The position numbers and the translations under genes are program-made. This document shows positions 46,662-57,400 of a stretch of 64,000 bases of DNA, piece after piece (position 1 is the first letter of the stretch; every line of letters starts with the position of its first letter). Location of the stretch: contig CAVYRH010000011.1 in NCBI GenBank assembly GCA_963770835.1, positions 128,001 through 192,000 on the forward strand, in the 5' to 3' direction. The stretch is from an uncultured Pseudomonadota bacterium. Lineage in GTDB: Bacteria > Oederibacteriota > Muellerivitia > Muellerivitales > Muellerivitaceae. The notes beneath the pieces are model-generated. The model worked only from the letters and a program-made list of their open reading frames with translations. It did not search any database and was not told where the DNA came from.

Positions 46662-49603
46662 GGGTCTTCCTCGGCAGCGGGTTTTGTGGTTTTCTTTTTA
46701 AGAAAAGGTTGAAGGGCCTTCAAACGCTTGTAAGTAGCCTCGCGATAGACCTTCACCTTGGTATATTTTAAAATTCGATGATATTCCTCCGCCGCTTTGG
46801 GATATTCCTTTTGTTCCTCGTAAGTCTCGGCGATCTTGGCGTAAGCTGTTACCACCCATTGATCCTCGGAAGGAAAAGCCGTAATGAGATGGTTGAATTC
46901 CTCCCGGGATTCTTCGTATTTTTTTTCTTTTTTCAACAGATCCGCGTGGTAATAGGAAGCCTCAACAGCCAAGTCCTTCTCAGTCGATTTCATAGTGATC
47001 TCATAGGCCGTCAAAGCCTCATCGTTTTTCCCTTCCTTTTCCAATAAGAGCCCGGCCTGCAGGCCGGCTTCCTGGGCCAGTGGATCGTTTCCATAATCCT
47101 TGAGAAGCTTTTGATAATATTCCAGCGCCTTATCAAGGTGTTTCAGCTGTTTTTCGCATACCGCGCTGTTGAAAAGGGCGTGGGTGGCCAATCGGTGGTC
47201 GGGATAGCGGGTGAAAATGCCGGTGTAGGCATCCAAGGCTTTCTGGTATTGTTCCGCTTCAAAATAAACCGAACCCAGGCTGAATTCCCCCTCTAGGGCC
47301 AACGGGTCACTGGAGTATTTGTCCACCAGCTCCTGGAAAACCGGCTCGGCCGCTTCCCCCTTGTCTTGCTTAACCAATGCCGTACCCATCCAGAAAAGGG
47401 CCCTGGGGGCTTCCGAACTGTCGGGGTATTTGGCCAGTAGATCCTTGTAGGCCCCAATGGCATCGTCATATTTTCCGTCGTGGAACAACCCTTCCGCCAT
47501 GCGGTATTGGACGGTGGAAGCAAAGGGACTAGTAGGGAATTTTTGAAGGAACTCCTTGGCCACATCGACGGAGGTGCCCTTTTCCCCCAATTTTTCCGCC
47601 GACCACTGGAGGCCGTAAAGGGCATCCGGCAAAAGTGGGCTTTGAGGGTAGGTGTCCAGGAAGCTTTGATAAGCTTTTTTGGAATCCTGGAACTTTTGGA
47701 GGTTGAAAAGACAATCGGCTTTCCGCAGGTGGGATTCGGGAGCCAAAGGGTCCTGGGGAAATTGGGCCTCTACTTTTTTAAACTCATCCGCCGCATCGTC
47801 GAAGTCCTTCTGACGGAAATAAGCCCAGGCCGTCCAGTAAAGCAGGCGGGATTGGCGGTCTTCCGTGCCCGGTTTTGGGATCAAGACGCCCCAAGTTTTA
47901 ACCGCTTCCGGAAATTTCTCTTGGCGGTAGGCGCACCAGCCCATTTGCTCCTGAGCATCCAGGTCACAGGGGGAAGGCGCGTGTTTTTCCACCAGGGGCC
48001 GGTAAGCGGCGTCGGCCTCGGCATATCTGTGGAGATTGTAATAGCAGTCGCCTACCCGTAGTTGGGCTTCAGCGCCAAGGGGCGAGGACACTCCTGCCTT
48101 GGCGGCCTTTTGGAAGGCGGGGAGCGCGTCCTCGTATTTTTCCTGTTGAAAATAGCTCCAGCCCAAACCTGAATTGCAGTTCACCGACATGGACTCGGAA
48201 GGATTGCTCCCCAGGGCTTTTTGGTAATAATCGACTGCGGTCGGGTAATCCTTTATTGCATAAGCCGCTTCGGCGACGGCCCAAAAGCTCCGGGTTTTCA
48301 GGTCGCCTTCCGCCGAGATCCCCGTTTCCTTGAATTCACCCAGGGCCAGTTCATAATGCCCTAGCGCGTAGTCACACCAACCCCGCCAGTAAGCCGAGTC
48401 CTGGCCCAATTCGCCTGGGGCCGCCTGGGCCAATTGGCCATACTGGGCCTTGGCATCCTCGTACTTCCCCGCCAGGTAATCACAGCCAGCCAACAAGTAA
48501 CCGGCGTCCCAGCGCAGTTCACTGTCTGGTGTGAAGCTCGACACTTTTGTGAAATGGCCAGCCGCGTCGTCATATTTTTGATTCGAGTAATCTAACCAGC
48601 CCAAGCCGTATTCAAGGAAGTCGGCGGGGGTTTTATTTTTAGCCAGGTCCAACCCTTTGCCATAATCCGTCCTGGCCGCATCGTAGTTTCCCGCGGCGTA
48701 GTCCTCGGTACCCCGCCTCACCGCCGCCCAGGGAGCGAGCGGATGATTCGGAAAATCCACAACGATTCGTCCAAAGTCCTTCAGGGCTTCCGCGTTGTTT
48801 TTTCGCTTTTCTTCCGTCCAACCCAGCCCATAAAGGGCAGGCACTTCCAGAAAATCTTTGGGATAGTTTTTAAGGAATTCCTCGTATCGCTCCTTGGCGT
48901 CGTCGTAATTCCCTAGACGAAATTGGGTTTCGGCCACCTGGAAGAGGGTAAGTTTCCTTAAGGTTTCGTCCTTGGAACCCGCCAATACCACGCCAAAACT
49001 TTCCAAGGCGCCCGAGTAGTCTTTTTGCTGATAAAAACACCAAGCCTGAAGGTACCGCACCAAGTCGGCGTAGCGATAGTGGGGGTCAAGCCCGGTAATT
49101 TTTCCATATTCACTTGCGGCGTCTTCGTATTGTTCCATTTGAAAATAGCATTCGGCTTCCCAGAAATAGAGGTCGCAAAGAGTATCAGATTCATACGCCC
49201 TTTTTTCCAATGCCTGAAACTTTCCGATGGACGACTTATAGTCCTTGAGGTAGACCAGGGCCACGGCGGACTTAAACTCCAGCCCTAAAGCGCCTGTGGA
49301 AAGGGGATTCAAACGGAGGGTCTGTTGGTAAGCTTGGTACGCGGCGGCATAATCCTTTTCGTGAAACTGAGTTTCACCGATAAGCCGCAAGGCCATGGCC
49401 TGTTCGGCCACGTTTTCGCTTTTTTCCTGGACCAAAAGGAAGCTTTCCATGGCCAAGTGGTAGGCACGGGCCTTCAAAAGTGCCCGCCCTTCGTCGGTTG
49501 GCGATGGCGGGCTGATGCCGGCAGAACGGGCAATCAAAGGGATGGCCGCGAGACAAAGAGCGGAAAAAAACCTTTGGAAGAAACGCCAAGGGTTAAAGTT
49601 CAT
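46658..49603 (-). CDS. Large exported tetratricopeptide-repeat protein
   Basis: Signal peptide followed by more than 20 TPR units of BamD/CpoB-like character (e.g. ALYGLGW, F..YP.SP.A). Confidence 0.92.
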   Translation of the reverse strand: MNFNPWRFFQRFFSALCLAAIPLIARSAGISPPSPTDEGRALLKARAYHLAMESFLLVQEKSENVAEQAMALRLIGETQFHEKDYAAAYQAYQQTLRLNPLSTGALGLEFKSAVALVYLKDYKSSIGKFQALEKRAYESDTLCDLYFWEAECYFQMEQYEDAASEYGKITGLDPHYRYADLVRYLQAWCFYQQKDYSGALESFGVVLAGSKDETLRKLTLFQVAETQFRLGNYDDAKERYEEFLKNYPKDFLEVPALYGLGWTEEKRKNNAEALKDFGRIVVDFPNHPLAPWAAVRRGTEDYAAGNYDAARTDYGKGLDLAKNKTPADFLEYGLGWLDYSNQKYDDAAGHFTKVSSFTPDSELRWDAGYLLAGCDYLAGKYEDAKAQYGQLAQAAPGELGQDSAYWRGWCDYALGHYELALGEFKETGISAEGDLKTRSFWAVAEAAYAIKDYPTAVDYYQKALGSNPSESMSVNCNSGLGWSYFQQEKYEDALPAFQKAAKAGVSSPLGAEAQLRVGDCYYNLHRYAEADAAYRPLVEKHAPSPCDLDAQEQMGWCAYRQEKFPEAVKTWGVLIPKPGTEDRQSRLLYWTAWAYFRQKDFDDAADEFKKVEAQFPQDPLAPESHLRKADCLFNLQKFQDSKKAYQSFLDTYPQSPLLPDALYGLQWSAEKLGEKGTSVDVAKEFLQKFPTSPFASTVQYRMAEGLFHDGKYDDAIGAYKDLLAKYPDSSEAPRALFWMGTALVKQDKGEAAEPVFQELVDKYSSDPLALEGEFSLGSVYFEAEQYQKALDAYTGIFTRYPDHRLATHALFNSAVCEKQLKHLDKALEYYQKLLKDYGNDPLAQEAGLQAGLLLEKEGKNDEALTAYEITMKSTEKDLAVEASYYHADLLKKEKKYEESREEFNHLITAFPSEDQWVVTAYAKIAETYEEQKEYPKAAEEYHRILKYTKVKVYREATYKRLKALQPFLKKKTTKPAAEEDP

Positions 49604-49788
49604 GGATGGGCATTTCCATTTTCTGAGGATTTCAATCTTGTGAGTTTAAAGAAGAACGAACCTCATCGCAAGACCACCTTTCGTCCAAAAGGCGGAATTC
49701 ACCACTGATATGACGGATTCGACCCGGCGGGAGCTTTTAAACCTGGGTCGTTCTTTCTAACGCGTTATAAGTTCAATGGATGTTCCAC

Positions 49789-49823
49789 AAAAAAAACCTT
49801 TCATCCAGGATGAAAGGCTTTTT
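49789..49823 (-). terminator. Rho-independent terminator after rpsA
   Basis: CCTTTCATC-CAG-GATGAAAGG stem flanked by A8 and T tracts. Confidence 0.8.
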
Positions 49824-49849
49824 AAATAGAGCGTTGATAAAATAGGCGA

Positions 49850-51578
49850 CTAGTAAAGATCCTCCTCTTCTTCCTCTCTCCCCCTCGGTTTTCGCCTTTT
49901 TCAGAAATTTTTTCAGCATCTTTTGGAAGGCGCTGGTCTTGCGGTGGATGGTATGCTCATCGTTCTCGCCTTCGGCCCCTTTTTCTTCCCCCTTCTGGAT
50001 GAGGGCTTTGATGCTTAAGGCGATGCGGCGTTTGGCTGTATCCACTGAAAGAACCTTGACCGTCACTTCTTGTCCTACTTTAAGTGCCTCTTCCACTGTT
50101 TTGGGCGGGGGAGAGGAGATTTCGGTTTTGTGGATGAGTCCTTCGATGTTTTTTTCCAATTCCACGAAGGCGCCGAACTCCACCATGCGTTGGACCTTGC
50201 CGGTCAAAACCTGGCCTGGCTTGTATTTTTCCTCGGCTTTATCCCAAGGATCGCCCTCCACTTGCTTAAGCCCGAGGGATATGCGTTTTTTCTCCGTGTC
50301 GATGGCCAACATCTTGACCGTCAGGGCCTGTCCGATCTTGAAGTCCTTCTGGGGGGCCTTCACGCGTTTGTCCCAGGTAATATCGGATTGGTGCAAAAGG
50401 CCTTCCATACCCTCCTCGATTTCCATGAAGAGGCCGAAATCCGCCACATTAGTCACGGTCGCTTGCACGTTCGAACCAATGGGATGGCGTTGGGCCACAT
50501 TGTCCCAAGGACTTTTTTCCAAACGCTTGAAGCTAAAGCTGATTTTGCGCTTCTCAAAGTCGATTTCAATGAGTTGGGCCTGCTTTTTGTCGCCGACCTT
50601 GAGGATTTCCGATGGCTTTTTGAGCTTTTTAGACCAGGAAATCTCGGTGATATGGCAGAAGCCCTCCAAGTTATCTTGGGTCTTCAGGAAAACTCCATAG
50701 TCGGCAAAATGAGTGGCTTCCACGTCAACGATCTGGCCCACGCGGTAGCGTTTTTCGGCCTGGGTCCAGGGATCGGTGGTCATCTGTTTCATGCCAAGGG
50801 AAATCTTTCCCTTTTCCTTATCGACCTGAAGAACCATAACTTTGATCGGGTTGTCGGGCTTCACGAATTCCTCAACCTTATTGACCCGTCCCCAGTCGAT
50901 GTCGGCGATATGCAAAAGGCCGTCCACTCCACCCACGTCGACGAAAGCACCATAGCTGACAATGCTCTTGACCCGGCCTTCCACGATGTCGCCGGGGTTC
51001 AATTCCCCCAGGCGCTTGTGGCGGTTTTCGTCCCTTTCCGACTCCAAGACCGGTCGGCGGGAAACCACAACGTTCGAACGCCCACGATCCAACTTGATGA
51101 TCTTGAAATCGTAAATTTTTTCCAGGTGGTCTTCGCCCCCCTCTAGGTTCTTTTGGAGGGTGACCTGGCTGGCGGGCAAAAAGGCCTCGACGACTCCCAG
51201 ATCTACCCGGTAGCCACCGTTGACCTTTTTCGTGACCCGGCCCTTAATGAGGCCGCCAGAGTGGTGCAATTCCTCAAGGTTCTGCCAAACCCGGCTTTTG
51301 TCCACGTTTCGCTTGGAAAGCCGCAGGCGGCCATTCGAGTCGGACATGCGTTCCACCGACACCTCAACCTTGTCGCCGATTTTTACCGTCAGCTGGCCGG
51401 CGATGTCCTGGAACTCCGTGCGATGGATGACTCCTTCGGTTTTGTACCCGACGTCGACGACGATTTCATCGTCGCCGATTTTGAGGATTTCGCCCGTGAC
51501 TACTTGGCCCCGTGCGACGCGCTGTTCCTCGTTTAAAAGCTCTTCCATTGTCATTTCTTGGATGGGTGATTCCGCCAT
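49850..51578 (-). CDS. rpsA: 30S ribosomal protein S1 (C-terminal +1 frameshift at about 49876)
   Basis: Six S1 domains (YGAFVDVGGVDGLLHI, RISLGLKQ etc.). Removing 1 nt gives an acidic tail EGEEEEEEDLY* ending at 49850, just before the terminator. Confidence 0.95.
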
Positions 51579-51770
51579 AATGGACCTCATATTTTCTTTT
51601 GCTCCGCTGGGGGAGGAAAGTTGATTAAGCTGTAAGGGGATTATTCTACAACAGGGAAAAGGTGTCTGGAAACCCTTTCCAGTAAAAGGGGCGGTTCGAG
51701 CCGGCTCAAAAGGATCAGTTATAAAAGGGGATTTCGAGGGATAAATCCAGTTTGATTGTCACAGCCATAG

Positions 51771-52406
51771 TTATGTGGGATTTCGTTGGTTCTTTTGAAC
51801 TTTCAATTGGGAAATGTGCTCTATGACTCGTCTGGCAATTTTCACATAGGTGTTTTTTTCAGGATTTTCAGCGTAAAGATCATCCAAAGGCACGGGAGGC
51901 CCATATGTCACGGAAGTATGCCCCGGCCTGGGTAACAGTTTACCTTTGGGCCAACATTGGAAGGTTCCATCGATATAAGAAGGAATAACGGGGACCCTCG
52001 CGTTGTAAAGGAGCATACCCGACCCCTTTTTTGCCGGTTGTAATTCACCGGTCAAAGTCCTCGTCCCTTCCACGAAGACCACCAACGGCTTTCCCGAGTT
52101 CAAAAAATCGTGAAATTGCTGGACCGCTTCCATATCCCGGCTTCCCCTTTTCACCGGGAAAGCCCCGCAGCGCCGGATGAAAGTGCCGAAGAGTGGAACC
52201 CGGAAAAGTTCTTCCTTGGCCATGAATCCCACTTCCCTTTTGAGGCTGGTATAGCCGATCAGATAGGGATCCAAAAAGCTAGCGTGATTTGCCACAACAA
52301 CAAAAGGGCCTTTTGCGGGAATGTTTTCCGCACCATGGACCCGGGTATGAAAATAAAGTTCGACGAACCATGTAGTGAAAAAACGAAGCTTGGGGAAAGA
52401 GGCCAA
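51771..52406 (-). CDS. plsC: 1-acyl-sn-glycerol-3-phosphate acyltransferase
   Basis: NHASFLD, FMAKEELF and FVEGTRT. Confidence 0.93.
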   Translation of the reverse strand: MASFPKLRFFTTWFVELYFHTRVHGAENIPAKGPFVVVANHASFLDPYLIGYTSLKREVGFMAKEELFRVPLFGTFIRRCGAFPVKRGSRDMEAVQQFHDFLNSGKPLVVFVEGTRTLTGELQPAKKGSGMLLYNARVPVIPSYIDGTFQCWPKGKLLPRPGHTSVTYGPPVPLDDLYAENPEKNTYVKIARRVIEHISQLKVQKNQRNPT

Positions 52407-52478
52407 TTCAATCCCTCCGGGATTGATACTTCGATCGACGCATAAGGGTTCTTTCGGGTAGCCGAACTTTAGCAGACT

Positions 52479-53591
52479 TTAACGGTTCCAAAGTTTCTTC
52501 AAGCGCTGGTGGGCGGAAAGTAGAAGTTCTTCAGTGGTGACCCAATTAATACAGGCATCGGTAATGGAAACGCCGTATTTCAGCTTAGAACGGTCTTTCT
52601 GTAATGGTTGATTCCCTTCATTCAAGTTGCTTTCCAGCATAAACCCGACAACAGATTGGTTCCCAGCCTCAATCTGATCCAGAACGGCGTTGAAAGCCAC
52701 CGGTTGGAGTTTGTAATCCTTGTTCGAATTACCGTGACTGCAGTCCACCACGATGTTTTGGGGCAGGCCTGAGGCGGTCAGGGCTTTTTCACAAGCTTCG
52801 ATGGAAGCGGCATCATAGTTGGGTTTGGCGCCCCCCCGAAGGACAATGTGGGCATAGGGGTTGCCGGTGGTCCGGAAAACGGCCGTCTGGCCGTTCTGGT
52901 TGATGCCCAGAAAATGGTGTGAGGTTCGGGCCGACTTGAGACCGTTTAGGGCCACCTGGATGGTTCCATCGGTGGCATTCTTGAAACCCACGGGCATCGA
53001 AAGACCGCTTGCCATTTCCCGGTGCGTCTGGGATTCGGTGGTGCGGGCGCCGATGGCGGACCAGCTGATGAGATCCGCGAGGTATTGGGGGATGATGGGG
53101 TCCAATGCCTCCGTGGACGTGGGAAGACCTATCTCGGTGAACTTCAAAAGAAGCCGTCGCGCCAGCAGGATTCCCTTTTCGATATGGAAGGAATCGTTCA
53201 TGTCGGGGTCGTTAATGAGGCCTTTCCATCCGGTGGTCGTCCGCGGTTTTTCAAAATAAACCCGCATGATGAGGACCAAAGTGGATTGCACCAGTCCCGC
53301 CAGGCGCTTCAACTTGACGGCATACTCATAGGCCGCCTGGGGATCGTGAATGGAACAAGGTCCCACCACCACGAAAAGACGGTGGTCTTTGTGGTCCAAG
53401 ATGGCTTCTAAATCCCTGCGTCCTTTGAGGACCGTCTCGAAGGATTTCTTATTGCCCGGCAGTTGGGCCTTGACCTTTTTAGGTGTAATAAGGACTTCGG
53501 CGCCGGCCACATGGGTGTCTTGCGCCTTGGCGCGAAGGGATACCTTGCCGATTTGAGTGATTTTTCTTTTGGGTTCAGTCTTGGTGGCCAC
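52479..53591 (-). CDS. 3-deoxy-7-phosphoheptulonate (DAHP) synthase, class I-alpha (AroF/G/H type)
   Basis: GPCSIHD, RVYFEKPRTTTGWKG, GARTTESQ.HR, DCSHGNS and YGVSITDAC. Confidence 0.97.
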   Translation of the reverse strand: MATKTEPKRKITQIGKVSLRAKAQDTHVAGAEVLITPKKVKAQLPGNKKSFETVLKGRRDLEAILDHKDHRLFVVVGPCSIHDPQAAYEYAVKLKRLAGLVQSTLVLIMRVYFEKPRTTTGWKGLINDPDMNDSFHIEKGILLARRLLLKFTEIGLPTSTEALDPIIPQYLADLISWSAIGARTTESQTHREMASGLSMPVGFKNATDGTIQVALNGLKSARTSHHFLGINQNGQTAVFRTTGNPYAHIVLRGGAKPNYDAASIEACEKALTASGLPQNIVVDCSHGNSNKDYKLQPVAFNAVLDQIEAGNQSVVGFMLESNLNEGNQPLQKDRSKLKYGVSITDACINWVTTEELLLSAHQRLKKLWNR

Positions 53592-53706
53592 GGCAATCCT
53601 TCCGGAACTGGTTTAAACTCTAAAATTAAGACTCGACTTGAGGTGGGAATTATAGGGAGTTCAAGTGGTGCTTCCAAGCGGCTTTTTCCAGTGAAATCTC
53701 GGTGGC

Positions 53707-54324
53707 TTACTGGGGATGGGAATCCGAGGCGCGGCGGGAGTGGGAGAGGGCGGGTTGAATCACTGCTTCCACTTTGGGCTGAAGGAAGTTCATAAATTTC
53801 CTGGGTTTGGGGCAGTTCAACAAAACGAGAGGACCTGCGGGGCTACCGGTATCGATTTCGATGTGACCGTAATTAAAAAGAAGGCCGACTATACTTTGCT
53901 GAAAACCGACCCGTCTAACGGAACCATAGGGAGCAGAAACGACTCGGTGCAAGGGGAACCAACTTTCGATGGTGACGTCATGCGAGGTAAGTCGGTAGCA
54001 GGTTCCAATCTGCCAAAGGTTGTGGTAGACCGCCGCGGCAATGGCGATCCAAACCAGTCCCCGCTCCGCCCAAAATAGCCCGAGGTCGGCCCAAGCGACT
54101 GGCAATCCCTTTAAATTAAGAAAGACCTCCTTCAGGTAGGGCGGAAACCAAAGGAAAAACCGATGGGCCAAATACCAAAAAATGCCCGCCAGGGCATAAG
54201 CCAGGAAGACCACCCACCAGGAAGGCGTGGCCTTCAGGACGAGGTCGGCTGAGGAAGGGGCCTGTGCGTGAACGCCCCCCGGTTTAGAGTGAAGGGAATG
54301 GTCAGGAGCTGTCGTTTTTGTCAT
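53707..54324 (-). CDS. Membrane protein with bacterial PH (bPH_2) domain
   Basis: 2 TM, Y.LT, QSIVGLLFNYGHIEIDTG and P.P. Confidence 0.8.
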   Translation of the reverse strand: MTKTTAPDHSLHSKPGGVHAQAPSSADLVLKATPSWWVVFLAYALAGIFWYLAHRFFLWFPPYLKEVFLNLKGLPVAWADLGLFWAERGLVWIAIAAAVYHNLWQIGTCYRLTSHDVTIESWFPLHRVVSAPYGSVRRVGFQQSIVGLLFNYGHIEIDTGSPAGPLVLLNCPKPRKFMNFLQPKVEAVIQPALSHSRRASDSHPQ

Positions 54325-54456
54325 TTCAGGCTGTTTTTTTTGAAGATGTTAATAACCGGTGTCTTCATGATAATCCTTTGAACAGACAGGTTAATTTACC
54401 AAAAAAGTGAGAGCTTTTCACCCACGGCGCTTCCCTATTCTCCAAGATTCCCGGCC

Positions 54457-57400
54457 TCAGGAGCCTGGCCAGGAATCCGCCAGGGCATCCATGGTTTCAG
54501 GTTTCAGCAGCGACCTAAACAGTCCCACGGAGTCTTCCAATGCCAACTCGCTTCGAATGAGATAGCCCTTCCCAATTTTTTGGATGAGAAGGCCCGCCTG
54601 TTCCGGATGTTGAGATAAAAGGAGCGGGCTTTGCCATTGGGTCCCCTTCGGCAAAAGGCCGTGGGCGACTTCCCCCATCTGCTGGTCGGACGCGAAACCC
54701 AGTATTTGGGCGATTGGCTGGGTGGACCCGCCCTCCAGTTTGTACATCCAAAGGTGGTAAAGGTTCACTTCGTCCTCCGTCTTGGAAACGAAGCGGAACA
54801 CCGTCTGGTTTGACGTGATGTCCTTTTGGGGAATATCGAAATAAAGTGCGAGGAAATGCCGCGTGGTGCCGTCGCTTTGGGTGCGGACCCCCACCTGCTT
54901 CCAATCGTTGCTGTCCTGGACCTGCAAGGTCATGCCCTTGATGTTGTGGCCGGTATTGACCCTCAGCCAAAGGCGGTGGTTGAAGCCCGGTTCGGTCTTC
55001 ATCGTGAACTGATAATAACCGGTGAAACCCCTGCCCTGGTCCTGGATCATCTTCTTCTCGTTTTGGCTGTCGGGGAGGTTCTGGGTGTCCTCGAAAGTCT
55101 CACCCGCGAAGGTCACGGCGTGGCCCGATTCGGATCCAGGATTCGAAACCTTCACTTCGTCCAGGTATTTTTGGTTGGCCTGCATTTTGGCCGGCTCGCT
55201 CACGATCACCTCATCCTTCAGGGTTCCCTCTTCCCAACCTCCGCCCGTCAGGTTCACGAACCAATCGGGCAGATCCTCGCGATTGGGAAAGGAAGGTCCC
55301 AGGTAAAGGCAGCCACCCTCCTCCAAATATTTTTTTATGGCTTGTCCCACTTTCGGATCGGCCCAGTAACTATCGGGTTTGAAGTGGTGGTTACCCGAGG
55401 AAAAAACGCCCCTCCCAAACACCGTCAACCTGTGTTTGGGCCTTCCCTTGTCATCCAACAGCGCATTCGCGATGTCTTCCGTTGATATGGGCAAGTCCAT
55501 ATCTAGGAACTCCTTCGAACGGGTGACTTTATCCATAAGCTTCAATTCGCTATTCCCCGCTGAAATGAAGTTTTCAGGATCGACATATCTATACCGGTGC
55601 CGGTTCAAAATCGCCGTGGGGGAGGTCAAAAGCAAAAGCTCCCCCCCGTTGACGTCGTAAGGTTCGGGTTCGAAAATCTGGGGTTTAGGCGGATTGGCTT
55701 CATCATTGGGAAGCCTGGGACCCTCGGAAACCGTGAAGGAAAAATCTTTGTCCGCCTCCAAGGTGAACCGACAAAGCCCTTCCCTGCCGTTGGTATCGGA
55801 GATGGCTTTGTCCCAAGACACTTCTTCCGACGGTTCTAGATCCGAAAGGACTCGGCGAGTAGGCCAAAAATCGGTAGTCACGTCCAATTGTTCCCCCCGG
55901 TCCAAATGAAGGGTGAAAGTCCATTCCTTAGAATCCAGCCGTTTCATGCTCAGGGACACCCGGGCGGGGCCCACCCAGAGACGGGTGGCGTTAAATTCTT
56001 TCATGGTCTCCGGCAGGTGGGGGGAAAAGGTCACCCGACCATTGCCCGCATCGGGAGAGAACCCCGTGAGGTACTCCAACAAAGCCTCGGTGTTCAAGCC
56101 GCCTTCCCAGGGGCGCACTCTCCCGCTGGTGCCCACGCCGAGGGAGGGTGGGTTCCAGGGATGATAGTTGGCATCGTACATTTCCGTGAAATCACCCGAA
56201 GGGGTGGCGGCTTTCAAGGTGGATTGGTAAGCCGCGTCGGCCCAGGGTAAATGGGCTTTGCAGAGGTCATACAACAATTGACCGGGATTCATTCCCACAA
56301 AAAAATCAACAGTCGGGGTCGTTTTCCAAAATCCATCGTCCCGACCCAGCCAGGGGTAGGCGTTTAGGATCGCACTCACCGCCCGTTTTGTGCTGACCGG
56401 TGTCTCGCCAATGGGGTTGAGGTCGTTGCGAGCATAACCGCACCAAAAGGGATTCAACAGAATATTGGCGAAAGGTGCGTTATAAAGCGGACCCAACAGG
56501 GATTGGGCTGGTGCCCAATAACCGCTTTTTTCAATCCAGTAGTTTTCCTCTGTTTTGGAGCGGACTTCTTCAGCGAATTTTTTGAGGGCGGCTACATCCT
56601 TGTCCATTTCCAAGTACTTCCCTAGGTAGGCCAGGTGGTCAGCGGCGGAAACCAGCTCAAAACTCGAATCAGTGGAGAAGCCAAAGGTGGAAAGGTAATA
56701 ATTCGGAAAAGGAACAAAATCGAAAATTCTGGATTCCAGGCACCAAAGGTAGGTTTCGTCCCTTTGGAAAAAATACTTATCGTCAATATTAAGCTGGCCG
56801 AAAATGCATCGTTTCAAATAACTCCATCGGGCGCGGATCAATTCAATATCGCCCGTCGTCAGGTAATACCACCAGTATTGCAAAACGATCCAATTGGGCG
56901 TCTCCGCGAACTCAACACGAATATGGGAAAGATCTTTTAAATGATAATCGAGGGGGTAATCCACCCTAATGCTGTTTGGCAAGGAACCGGCTGTGGAGGC
57001 CACGCCATAAAAAAAGTCCATGGCGCGTTTGGCTTCCTCCAGATGGCCGGTCTTCAAAAACCAGCGGATGGGTCCGTTGTTGTCCCGGATCCAAGTGTAG
57101 GAATAGCCGACCAGGGGCGAGAAGCCTCCCGAATAGGACTGTTGGGATTTAAAGATAAGGGATTCGATCTCGAAAAGATCAGCGATCTTGGGATCCCCCG
57201 AAAAAGTCGTGCCCTTGTCGAACCATGCGGCGTAGTAATCGCGGGTCCCATCCAAAAGGCGGGAAGGACCCTTCTTTTTGATTTCTTCGGTTTGAGAATC
57301 ATTGTCCCCTTTGGAATTGGCCGAAACTAAATAAAAGGCAACCCAGGTTTCCTCACCAGCCTTAAGGTTGGGCACGCCGTAATGGAGATTATGGTCCCAA

